Part shown: in pieces, positions 8,012 through 18,238 of the stretch
Layout of the letters: every line of letters starts with the position of its first letter
Position numbering within the stretch: position 1 is the first letter of the stretch
IMG/VR virus record: IMGVR_UViG_3300028800_000083
Source: a virus
Strand: one strand, 5' to 3'
DNA: 64,000 bases
Program-made: the position numbers and the translations under genes
Notes under the pieces: generated by a model
The model's database searches: none
What the model was told of the DNA's origin: nothing
Seen by the model: the letters and a program-made list of their open reading frames with translations, nothing else

Positions 8012-11000
8012 GTCGAGACCACTGCGAGGTCTCGCATCGATCGCGTGATCGCCTGTTGGTCGAGGTTTCACATCGATCGTGCCGCCTTGCCGTGCCAGGT
8101 GAGCAAGCGCTTGCACACGTCGAGACCACAGCGAGGTCTCGCATCGATCGCACCAACCTGAAATCGTCGGCGCCTTCATCCGGACGATTCGTCGGTCGGT
8201 TGAGACCACAGCGAGGTCTCGCGTCTCGCATCGATTGTGCCGAGAGTCGGCGCGGAGTTCTACGTTGACTTCTTCGGGTCGAGACCACCGCGAGGTCTCG
8301 CATCGATCAGGCCCGGCAATTTCATTGGCCGGAACTCCCAGTACCGGCTGGTCGAGACCACCGCAAGGTCTCGCATCGATCCCAGCCCAAATGTGAATCC
8401 GTCGAGACCACCGCGAGGTCTTGCATCGATCATCGATTGGGCCTCCCGCCCGCTCGCCAGCTCGCCGGGTTAGCAGTGGTCTCGACGAGCGGATCTACCG
8501 CGAGGTCTCGCATTGATCGTACCCCTTTTCCCTCGCCGTTTTCGCGGTCGTTGAGACCACTGCGCGCTGCGAGGTCTCGCAGCGATCGGGCCGAGCGGCC
8601 GAGCGGCCGAACGGAGCTGCCCCCAGCTCACGCGCTCGTAGGCTGATCGACCGGCTCGTCGAGACCGCCGCGAGGTCTCGCATCGATCGTGGCACTTCTT
8701 CGGGACCATACCCGTCACCTTGAGGAGAACTCGTCGAACCTCGTCGAGACCACCGTGGTCTCGCATCGATCGTGCCAATCGATTCGCGCAACGTCGATCG
8801 TGTCTGATTCGACGAGCTCGGGGCGAAGCGGTCGAGACCACAGCGAGGTCTCGCATCGATCATGCCTGTGGTGACGAAAAGGGCTGACAACGGTGACCTG
8901 TGGGTCGAGACCACAGCGAGGTCTCGCATCGATCGTGCGTCGGTGACTTGCTTCGATCGTGTCTTTGTCGGGGGCTTGCGCGAAACTTGGACCATGGGCA
9001 GTCGAGACCACAGCAAGGTCTCGCATCGATCACACCTGCGAACGGCGAGCTTCACAGTCAAGACGGCGCGCATTGATCTTGGCAGGCTTCAAGTTTCAAG
9101 TCCCTCGTGCGCCTTATCGTCCGTATCGTCGCGTTCTGGTCGAGACCATCGCGAGGTCTCGCATCGATTGCACCAGGGCTGCTCTGTGCCCTGGGGGCAT
9201 GCTCGGTGCTCGGCTGCTCGTCGAGACCCCTGCAAGGTCTCGCACTGACCGGAACTGATTCGCAACCACCTGTCGAGACCACCGCAAGGTCTCGCATCGA
9301 TTGTGCCGTTTGTACGTGAGGTTGATGAGGGGACGTCGAGAGTCGAGACCACCGCTCCTCATGGCAGCGTCGGGGTGGACCAACGACCAACGGTCGAGAC
9401 CACCGTGAGGTCTCGCATTGATCGTGCCCCCTTCTTGGGCCAGCAGGCGTCCTCCGTCAAGTGGTCGAGACCACAGCACAGCGAGGTCTCGCATCGATCG
9501 CGCCTCGATATCGCGCGGGCGCGCGGTGGTGGCTCAATGCTCAATGTTGTCGAGACCGTAGATGACCTGCGGCATTGCGGCACATTGAGCGTGGTCGAGA
9601 CCACAGCGAGGTCTCGCATCGATTGTGTCACTCGGCGATCTCGTTGTCCGTACCCCGTCGCCGCAGTCGAGACCACAGCGAGGTCTCGCATCGATTGTGC
9701 CCGACCTCGTGATTCGTGATTCGACGTGAGGATGGAGATCCCGGTGTCGAGATCTCGCGTCGATTGTGCCGTGGACGCCAAGTGGAGCGAGAGCCTTGGT
9801 AAAGCTGTCGAGACCACCGCGAGGTCTCGCATCGATCGTGCCAAGTAGGCTGCACATGAGTCGATGGCCGTTCGGCGTGTCGAGACCACCGCGAGGTCTC
9901 GCATCGATCGAGCTTGCGCACAGGTTTTCGAGACCACCGCGAGGTCTCGCATCGATCGTGCCGTGAAGACGTAGTCCCCGCGCGGCGGACTCGCATTGTC
10001 GAGACCACCGCGAGGTCTCGCATCGATTGTGCCCGTCAGCCTAAGCACCCTGTCGCGCTGGGAGTCGAGACCACCGCGAGGTCTCGCATCGATTGTGCCG
10101 CCTAGGCGCAGGCGTCTCACCTACGCAATCGCTAAGTAGAGACCACCGAGGTCTCGCATCGATCGTGCCGGGGGGCCGGGGATCGTCGACCGTCGGCCCA
10201 ACTGCGGACAGTCTAGGCGAGACCACAGCGAGGTCTCGCATCGATCGTGCCCAGCGCTTGCTCGCTTCCTCTTCGCGCGCCGATGACGACGTGTTGCGGC
10301 GGTAACAGGTAACAGGTGCGCACCGGGTGTTTGGGTCGAGACCACAGCGAGGTCTCACATCGATTGTGCCCCGGCTAAGCTGAAGAACCGTGACCCCAAA
10401 CTACGGCGAGTCGAGACCACAGCGAGGTCTCGCATTGATTGTGCCCCGTGACCAGGCTCGAGTACGTCAGCTTCAGCACCGTAGGGTCGAGACCACAGCA
10501 AGGTCTCGCATCGATTGTGCCAGCCTCAGGCTCCGCGTCCTGCTATTCCCGTTCGTCCAAGTCGAGACCAGCGCGGTCTCGCATCGATTGTGCCACGTGC
10601 CACGCGAGCCGCATCCCAGCCGTCAGGGTGTCGAGACCACCGCGAGGTCTCGCATCGATTGATTGTGACGCCGTGCAGCGCGCCAAGAATCGGGGCGATG
10701 CCAGTGTCGAGACCACCGAGGTCTCGCATCGATTGTGCCGTACCGCCGCGAGCGCGCCTTGACCGACGTAGAGCGTGTCGAGACCACCGCGAGGTCTCGC
10801 GTCTCGCATCGATTGTGCCGCGACACTCGCCGAAGTCGACCTCCGATCCCGACCCTGTCGAGACCACCGCGAGGTCTCGCATCGATTGTGCCTCCGCACC
10901 GTGCGCTGCGCGCTTCGGTGTCGTCTGGTCGAGACCACCGCGAGGTCTCGCATCGATTGTGCCTGCCGGCCTGCCGGCCTGCCGGCATCGCGCCGACGTC

Positions 11001-14000
11001 GTGGACGTGGGCACACCCGTCGTCGAGACCCCCGCGAGCACAGCACCGATCGTCAACTGGTCGAGACCACCGCGAGGTCTCGCATTGATTGTGACCGCTC
11101 GGGTCACCCACCATCTGCCGTGACACGATCTTGTCGAGACCACCGCGAGGTCTCGCATCGATTGTGCCGACGGACGCGGACGTCGTCGAGAAATGTCGGC
11201 CCTTGTCGAGACCACCGCGAGGTCTCGCATCGATCATCGATCGTGCCTTGCCACGACTACGCATGTGGCTCGGCGGGTCTGCGCGTGGGGCCACACCTCG
11301 GACTGGTCGAGACCACCGCGAGGTCTCGCATCGATCATGCCGTTACCTGCTAAGACGGTAAGCAGGGAGGTCGTCGAGACCACTGCGAGGTCTCGCAGCG
11401 ATCGTGCCCGTGAGGTCTCGCCCCTGCGACGTTGGGATCGGTCGTTGGTCGAGACTACCGCAAGGTCTCGCATCGATCGTGCCGCAACAGAATTCGTGAC
11501 GGCGCCGATACTCGGAGCGGTCGAGACCACCGCGAGGTCTCGCAGCGATCGTGCCCAGGCATCTATCAAGGCTACGCTTGCACGGGCGCTCGTCGAGACC
11601 ACCGCAAGGTCTCGCATCGATCGTGCCCTTTGCTGTCATGTGTCCTCTTCTTCCTTCTTCCTTGCAGGTTGTCGAGACCATCGCGAGGTCTCGCATCGAT
11701 CGTGCCGCGCGGTCGCGCCGTCGCGCGGGACGCGATGCTGTAGTCGAGACCACCGCGAGGTCTCGCATCGATCGTGCCGCTCGCGTAGCGAGGTGCCAAC
11801 GGCGTTCTTACGAGGTCGAGACCACCGCGAGGTCTCGCATCGATCGTGCCGCCCAGGAGCGTCAGAGTGTCGACCATTTCGCCGTGTCGAGACCACCGCG
11901 AGGTCTCGCATCGATCGTGCCGTTCAACCCGCACTCGGGCAAGCACAAGACGCTCGGTCGAGACCACCGCCGTGACGGATGAGCCTGTTGCTGTTGGGCA
12001 GGCCTACGTCGTATTGGTCGAGACCACCGCGAGGTCTCGCATCGATCGTGCCCTGGCTGTCCTTAAGACGAGGCCCCTATGGACCGAGAGTCGAGACCAC
12101 CGCGAGGTCTCGACCACATGGCTCCGGCTCTGGTCGAGACCACCGCGAGGTCTCGCATCGATCGTGCCGTCTCCACGTTCACGCCGCCCTCCCACGCGAG
12201 CCAGTCGAGACCACCGCGCGGTCTCGCATCGATCGTGCCGTGCCACGTGCCACGTGCCACAGCAGCAGCGAGCCCAGACTAGACAGTTCGTCGAGACCAC
12301 CGGGAGGTCTCGCATCGATCGTGCCAGTCGGTCGCTTGACCATGGCTAACCTCAAAAATGTGTCGAGACCACCGCGAGGTCTCGCATCGGTCGTGCCCTC
12401 GATACGGACCCGAGAAACGGAAACTGGTTTTTCAGTCGAGACCACCGCGAGGTCTCTCATCGATCGTGCCGGCCAAGTCTTCCTCGGTCGTCGAGCGCCC
12501 GCCGGCCTTGTCGAGACCGCCGCGAGGTCTCGCATCGATCGTCGATCGTGCCCTCTTGTAGACCCAGCCGTGTAGCCGATAGAGCTGCTTGTCGAGACCA
12601 CCGCGAGGTCTCGCATCGATCGTGCCGTCTCGTCGCTCGCCATGCTCGCCGGCACACCGAACCCGTCGAGACCACCGCGAGGTCTCGCATCGATCGTGCT
12701 CCCAGGCGAGCGAGTCGAGGTAGTCGCGGACCGGGTGGGTCGAGACCACCGCGAGGTCTCGCATCGATCGTGCCGCACGCGGGCGCGCGCTCGGTGTCGT
12801 TGACCGTTGACCGAGGAGGTCGAGACCACCGCGAGGTCTCGCATCGATCGTGCCGCCGTGCAATTGCGGACGGCCGATCTACTTCCGGTGGTCGAGACCA
12901 CCGCGAGGTCTCGCAATCGATCGTGCCGGTCGAGAGTGCGTGACCGAAAACACGGAACCGGAGGCTGGTCGAGACCACCACGAGGTCTCGCATCGATCGT
13001 GCCGTACAGGTTCGCCGTGGTGCCCTTGGGCGCACCGTAGTCGAGACTACCACGTCATAGCGGCCGTCGAGACCACCGCGAGGTCTCGCATTGATCGTGC
13101 CGCGACCTCGTCGAGGTGCCGCTCGTCGTTCATTCTTGTCGAGACCACCGCGAGGTCTCGCATCGATCGTGCCTTGCCTAGCCGCCGAGGCGTTCGGCGA
13201 CAAGACAGCGGGTCGAGACCACCGCGAGGTCTCGCATCGATCGTGCCGCGGCCGGGCAGGAGGGCAGGAAGTTGAACGTCGAGTCAACTTTGTCGAGACC
13301 ACCGCGAGGTCTCGCATCGATCGTGCCGAACGCCGAACACTGCTGAGCGGCAGGCGATACTCCTAGGGCAGTCGAGACCACCGCGAGGTCTCGCATCGTC
13401 GCATCGCTCGTGCCTGCAACGCGCGGTTCGCTCAGCGGGGGTTGGAGGTGGTCGAGACCACTGCGAGGTCTCGCATCGATCGTGCCCGCGACTCGTTCGT
13501 CGTTCGCCGCGTCGGCCGTAGTGCGCCGGGTCGAGACCACTGCGAGGTCTCGCATCGATCGTGCCACGCGCGCCAAGTCGGTCCAACTAAGAGCCCCAAT
13601 CGTTGTCGAGACCACCGCGAGGTCTCGCATCGATCGTGCCCAGCCGACCGAATTCGCCACTGCATTTACGACGCTGTGTCGAGACCACCGAGAGGTCTCG
13701 CATCGATCGTGCCGAACGCGGGCGCGTCGGGCTCGAGTTCGTTCCATTGGTCGAGACCACCGCGAGGTCTCGCATCGATCGTGCCGCGCGCATCGTGCGG
13801 CAAGCGTGCGGCAAGCGTGCGGCATGAGCTTGTCGAGACCGCCGCGAGGTCTCGCATCGATCGTGCCTTATCGTCGGACTTGCCGATCCCGAGCTGCCCT
13901 TTTGTCGAGATCACTAGGTCTCACATCGATCGTGCCGGTTATGGCGCCCTCGTTGTCGCAGTGCCCGTTCTCGTCGAGACCACCGCGAGGTCTCGCATCG

Positions 14001-15906
14001 ATCGTGCCGATCGTCGACGTGGAACGTGGAGGCGCGTTGGCGCAACCGGAAGTCGAGACCACCGCGAGGTCTCGCATCGATTGTGCCCGTCGCGCGCTCG
14101 CCCGATATCGATGAGCCCAACGTGTCGAGACCACCGCGAGGTCTCGCATCGATCGTGCCGGGAAGTAGGCTGCACATGAGTCGATGGCCGTTCTGCGTGT
14201 CGAGACCACCGCGAGGTCTCGCATCGATCGTGCCGTCTAACGTGGCTGCTCACCGGAGCCGTGGTTCGCTGTCGAGACCACAGCGAGGTCTCGCATCGAT
14301 CGTGCCTCGGGAATTCCAAGACCTCCGTCAGCGGTTCCTCTCGTCGAGACCACAGCGAGGTCTCGCATCGATCGTGCCGGTGTCAAACGTGCGATGGAAC
14401 AGGCGGAGGTTTAGGTCGAGACCACCGCGAGGTCTCGCATCGATCGTGCCTGAACACGTTCTTGCCGTTGGCGCCTTCGCCATAATGGTCGAGACCACCG
14501 CGAGGTCTCGCATCGATCGTGCCGTTGTGCAGACACTTTGCCGTAACGACGCCGGTGTCGTCGAGACCACCGCGAGGTCTCGCATCGATCGTGCCGAACG
14601 ACTCGAAGGTCGCGACATCGACGCATCTGTCGTCGAGACCACCGCGAGGTCTCGCATCGATCGTGCCCGCGTGCGAAGCAGAGATGCCCTCGAGCAGTCG
14701 CTCGTCGAGACCACCGCGAGGTCTCGCATCGATCGTGCCGCTGCGCGACCGCGACGAAGCTCGTCGTCCTCATAGATGCTCACGTCACGTCGAGACCACC
14801 GCGAGGTCTCGCATCGATCGTGCCACAGGAGTAGACACGGATCCACGGAGGAACCAATGGGTCGAGACCACAGCGAGGTCTCGCATCGACGACGTGATCG
14901 CCCGTTGGTCGAGACCACCGCGAGGTCTCGCATCGATCGTGCCAGGTCGGGCTGGACCTTGGCAGTCGAGACCGCTGCGAGGTCTCGCATCGATCGTGCC
15001 GAAAGCGGCCGGGTCGGGCGCGGGCGCGATCTGCGCGTCGAGACCCCCGTGAGGTCTCGCGTCTCGCATCGATCGTGCTGTTCAGGATCTCAGCCGCAGC
15101 GAGCGAGGTGTCTATGTCGAGATGTCGAGACCACCGCGAGGTCTCGCATCGATCGTGCCCAGCAACGAACCCGGGCTAGAGAGTTCGAACCCATGTCGAG
15201 AGTCGAGACCACCGCGAGGTCTCGCATCGATCGTGCCGATCGCCGCCGCGATTGAAGCAGCGCTCGTCTCTGGCGTCGAGACCACCGCGAGGTCTCGCAT
15301 CGATCGTGCCTGATCTGAGCGGCCTTGTCGATCGGCTCAAGGTCGAGACCACCGCGAGGTCTCGCATCGATCGTGCCGGCTCGGACGCATGACCAAGAGC
15401 GTTACGTTCGATGTGTCGAGACCACCGCGAGGTGCCATGACCTCACCATAGCGCGCCCGCGATCGTGCCGACGAACCCGAATTCCTCCGCCGAGGACAAT
15501 CCGTAGGTGTCGAGACCACCGCGAGGTCTCGCATCGATCGTGCCGGGGCTTGGGCTCGATCCGCGCTACACGATCTCGTCGTCGAGACCACCGCGAGGTC
15601 TCGCATCGATTGTGCCCGCCTGACGGTACGCCGCCGGGGCGGAGGGCTGCGTGTCGAGACCACCGCGAGGTCTCGCATCGATTGTGCCCTCGACCGTCTC
15701 GTGCCAGCCCTTCGGGATTCGCACGTCGAGACCACCGCGAGGTCTCGCATCGATTGTGCCCACTCTCGTGGTCTCGTGGCAATACCCACTCGACGTGCGT
15801 CGAGACCACCGCGAGGTCTCGCATCGATTGTGCCGCGCCGCTTGTCCGGTGGCGACCAGGACTTCAGGATGTCGAGACCACCGCGAGGTCTCGCATCGAT
15901 TGTGCC
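8012..15906 (-). CRISPR. CRISPR array B, ~108 units, 36-nt repeat GTCGAGACCACCGCGAGGTCTCGCATCGATCGTGCC (plus-strand reading)
   Basis: 72-74-nt period with unique 36-39-nt spacers. Repeats are degenerate in 8012-9100 (old end) and near-perfect toward 15906, which is the end next to effector B. Palindrome GAGACC/GGTCTC. Sub-variants ...GATCGTGCC and ...GATTGTGCC occur in blocks. A few truncated repeats are present, for example at 12090. Strand is inferred as for array A. Confidence 0.9.
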
Positions 15907-15927
15907 TTCGATTGTCAGAGAACGAAC

Positions 15928-16199
15928 CATGCTTATCCGGTTGTCACCCCTCGCGGGCGCGACGGATCTCCTTGATCTTTCGCTCGGCGCGCTTCGCAGA
16001 GGCTCGCCATTCAGCGAGAGCTTCCGTTGGGGTGAATTCTTGAATCGTTCCGCCGACGTTGATCACGGACGGTCGCTTGCCCAGAGAGGCGGAAAGAAGC
16101 TCGCCCATTTCGGAGCGGATGATTTTAAGTTCACGTTCGAGTCGCGATGCCATTTGATGTCTCCCTGATCACGTTTGGGGTGTTAACCGGATAAGCATG
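15928..16199. mobile_element. MITE-like insertion (272 bp) with 23-bp imperfect terminal inverted repeats and 8-bp target-site duplication GAACGAAC (15920-15927 and 16200-16207)
   Basis: Left end CATGCTTATCCGGTTGTCACCCC versus right end GGGGTGTTAACCGGATAAGCATG; 21 of 23 positions match as reverse complement. Identical direct repeats GAACGAAC flank both ends. The interior has lower GC. It sits between the last array B repeat (ends 15906) and the effector B stop (16212). Confidence 0.65.
15944..16153 (-). CDS. small ORF inside the MITE (69 aa, coiled-coil-like, lower GC)
   Basis: MASRLERELKIIRSEMGELLSASLGKRPSVINVGG... The only ORF of 60 aa or longer within the TIR-bounded element. Codon usage is atypical for the surrounding DNA. 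It may not be expressed. Confidence 0.3.
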   Translation of the reverse strand: MASRLERELKIIRSEMGELLSASLGKRPSVINVGGTIQEFTPTEALAEWRASAKRAERKIKEIRRAREG

Positions 16200-16211
16200 G
16201 AACGAACGATC

Positions 16212-18167
16212 CTACGGCGTTGCGGGGCTCGGCGCGAGCGGCTGCTGGTCCTTCCGCCGGTTCCGCCGCGCCGGGGCCTTCTTCTTCGTCGAAGGTGCCG
16301 GAACCTTGGGGTCGAGCGGCCACCCGCTCTCGCCGCGCGCGACGGCGCTCGCGGCGGCGAGCAGGTTTCGGCTCATCGTGATGTCCTGGTCCTCGGCGTG
16401 GCCGCAGTTCTCGCAGCGGATCACCCGCTGCACCCGGTCTTCCCGCGAGACGTCGCGGTGGTGACCGCAGGCCGCGCAGTCGAGCGTCCCACCGGCAGCG
16501 TCGACCTCCAGGTCGACGCTGCCGTACTTCTTCGCGAAGTAGCCGACGCGGGCGCGGGCGCGCCCGGGCCCCAGGATGTTCACGCGGCGCGCCGTCTTCT
16601 TGCGCAGCTTCTGCTCGTCCTCGTCGTGCTGGTCGTCCTTCTCGACGAGGCCGGTCACGTCGAAGTCGTCGCGGGCGACGACCCCGTAGCGCTTGGCCAG
16701 CTGGACCGCGACCGCGGTGACGCGGCCCTCGACCTGGCGCTGCATGCGCTCGAGGCTCGGCACCTCGCGGTGGAGCAGGTGGACGTCCTGCTTGCTCCAC
16801 GCCTCCAGCGCCGCGAAGGCCGGCTGGTCGCCGTGGATGCGCTGGTCTCGCCACTGCCGGTGCAGGCGGACGTACTTGCTGGGGGCCCGCCAGTTGTGCA
16901 TGTGGCGGCTCTCTTCGCGGAGCCACGACGTCGCCGGCAGCGACCGGGCGTAGGCGAGGATCATGTCGCGGAGCACGTCCTGGTTCTGGTCGCGGATCGA
17001 ATGGATCGAGTCGGCCCAGGGTTTCACACCGAGCACGTCCTCGGGGATCACGAGTTGCCCCCAGAGCGGGCTCGCGGGGTCGTTGGGGTCGAGTGGCGCG
17101 GTGGCGCTCCACGTGAGCAGGCGGATGCCCGCCTTCTTGCCCTCCTCGTCGAAGAGCTGACGCCAGCCGATGTGGACGGCGACCGCGTCGTGCGGGTGCG
17201 GGTGCGGGGTGGTCACGGCCACGGAGCCCTCGACCTCAAGCGTGAGGTACCAGCGGTAGCGGAGCCCGGTGCGCTCGCGCCGGACCACGGCCCACTTGAC
17301 GACGTCGTGCCCGAGCTGGAGGCGGTTCTTCGTGCGCGGGGACTGGTGCAGGAGCAGGTGCATCTGGGCCCAAATCGGGCGGATGGTGCCCGGCACAGTC
17401 CCGACGCGGATCGCGAGCGCGTGGAAGCGCTTGCCCTTCGTGGCGGCCTCTCCCGCGCGCGGCCCGATCTTGATGACGTCTCCCGGGTTCCCGGCGACGT
17501 CGATCGCGCGCCCCTCGGCGTCGACCGCGGCGGGTCGGAAGTGGTCGACCGGGGCACCCAGCGAGTACGCGACCGATCCGATGCGCAGCCAAGACCCTTC
17601 GCCGCCGATGAGATCGTCGGCGTAGACGGACTTCTTGGCGGGAAGTGTCTTGCCGGTCCGCGCGTCGATGCGCGCGTTCTGCCGCTGGAACTGGACGGCG
17701 ATGCGGCCCACGTCCGGGGGGAAGTCCGTCCCCACGAACGTGGTCCGGCCGTTTTCGTCGATGAGCCCTGCCTTGTCGATCGTGCGCCGCGCGAAGTCGG
17801 CCGCGTCGTCCGCCTTGCCGAGCGTCCCCCACATGGCTCCCGCCTCGATCGTCGCGTCGCGCACGGCCTTGAGCGCGCGCTTCTTCCCCGCGAACACGCG
17901 CTCGCGGAGGGCCTTGAACTCGTCAGAGGCGTGCCACGCATCGCGGGCAGCTTTCCCAGCCTCCGACTTCCACCACGCGCCACGCGCTTCGACGGGTACG
18001 TCCCTGGCCGGGTAGTCGATGAGCGCGCGCCGGAGGAAGCGCTCGCGGTTCTCGATGAGCGCGATCTGTCGGCGGTAGCGCGCGCCGAGGCGCACCTGCT
18101 CGCGCAAGCAATGGTCGTCGGCGGCCGTCGCCGGGAGACAGAGGAACTTGTACACGCGCATCGTCAT
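16212..18167 (-). CDS. TnpB-like RuvC-fold protein, putative type V CRISPR effector paralog B with divergent catalytic residues
   Basis: 651 aa; about 30-35% identical to copy A over its full length (RVYKFLCLPA N-terminus, WRAPSK, AWSKQD, KRYG blocks). RuvC-I reads AVHIGW, with His codon CAC at 17172-17174 where copy A has Asp. RuvC-II reads VVARDD. Zinc finger CAACG..CENCG is followed by EDQDITMSRNLL. A 108-unit array lies downstream on the same strand. Confidence 0.75.
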   Translation of the reverse strand: MTMRVYKFLCLPATAADDHCLREQVRLGARYRRQIALIENRERFLRRALIDYPARDVPVEARGAWWKSEAGKAARDAWHASDEFKALRERVFAGKKRALKAVRDATIEAGAMWGTLGKADDAADFARRTIDKAGLIDENGRTTFVGTDFPPDVGRIAVQFQRQNARIDARTGKTLPAKKSVYADDLIGGEGSWLRIGSVAYSLGAPVDHFRPAAVDAEGRAIDVAGNPGDVIKIGPRAGEAATKGKRFHALAIRVGTVPGTIRPIWAQMHLLLHQSPRTKNRLQLGHDVVKWAVVRRERTGLRYRWYLTLEVEGSVAVTTPHPHPHDAVAVHIGWRQLFDEEGKKAGIRLLTWSATAPLDPNDPASPLWGQLVIPEDVLGVKPWADSIHSIRDQNQDVLRDMILAYARSLPATSWLREESRHMHNWRAPSKYVRLHRQWRDQRIHGDQPAFAALEAWSKQDVHLLHREVPSLERMQRQVEGRVTAVAVQLAKRYGVVARDDFDVTGLVEKDDQHDEDEQKLRKKTARRVNILGPGRARARVGYFAKKYGSVDLEVDAAGGTLDCAACGHHRDVSREDRVQRVIRCENCGHAEDQDITMSRNLLAAASAVARGESGWPLDPKVPAPSTKKKAPARRNRRKDQQPLAPSPATP

Positions 18168-18195
18168 TGTTGGGCGCCCCGCTGTCGCACGTGCT

Positions 18196-18238
18196 GTTGT
18201 TGCATTGACGAACAGCTAACAGGATGATAGACGTTTTG
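18196..18238. promoter_or_regulatory. conserved motif copy 2 (TTGCATTGACGAACAGCTAACAGGATGATAGACGTTTTGCAAG) between divergent effector B and RHH-like gene
   Basis: Nearly identical to the copy at 22302-22339. Quasi-palindromic ends (TTGCA..ACG / CGT..TGCAA). Possible -35/-10 readings in both directions: TTGACG-N17-TAGACG on plus and TTGCAA-N17-TAGCTG on minus. Confidence 0.5.

Noticed and set aside
7915-8268. ORFs starting MIDVLQ / MIDVW at 7927, 18224 and 22327
   Set aside because: The shared N-terminus is a by-product of the conserved DNA motif ATGATAGACGTT. The 7915 ORF runs into array B and the 22327 ORF is out of frame with the real gene at 22386. Only the 18224 ORF (RHH-like) is kept, at low confidence.
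2909-15906. Alternative reading of the arrays as plus-strand units with leaders on the left
   Set aside because: Repeat degeneracy is concentrated at the left ends of both arrays. The repeat hairpin is spacer-proximal only in minus orientation. Both effector genes are on the minus strand, immediately upstream in that orientation. The minus-strand reading is therefore preferred but not proven.
16197-18227. 676-aa plus-strand ORF
   Set aside because: Antisense shadow of effector B, for the same reason.
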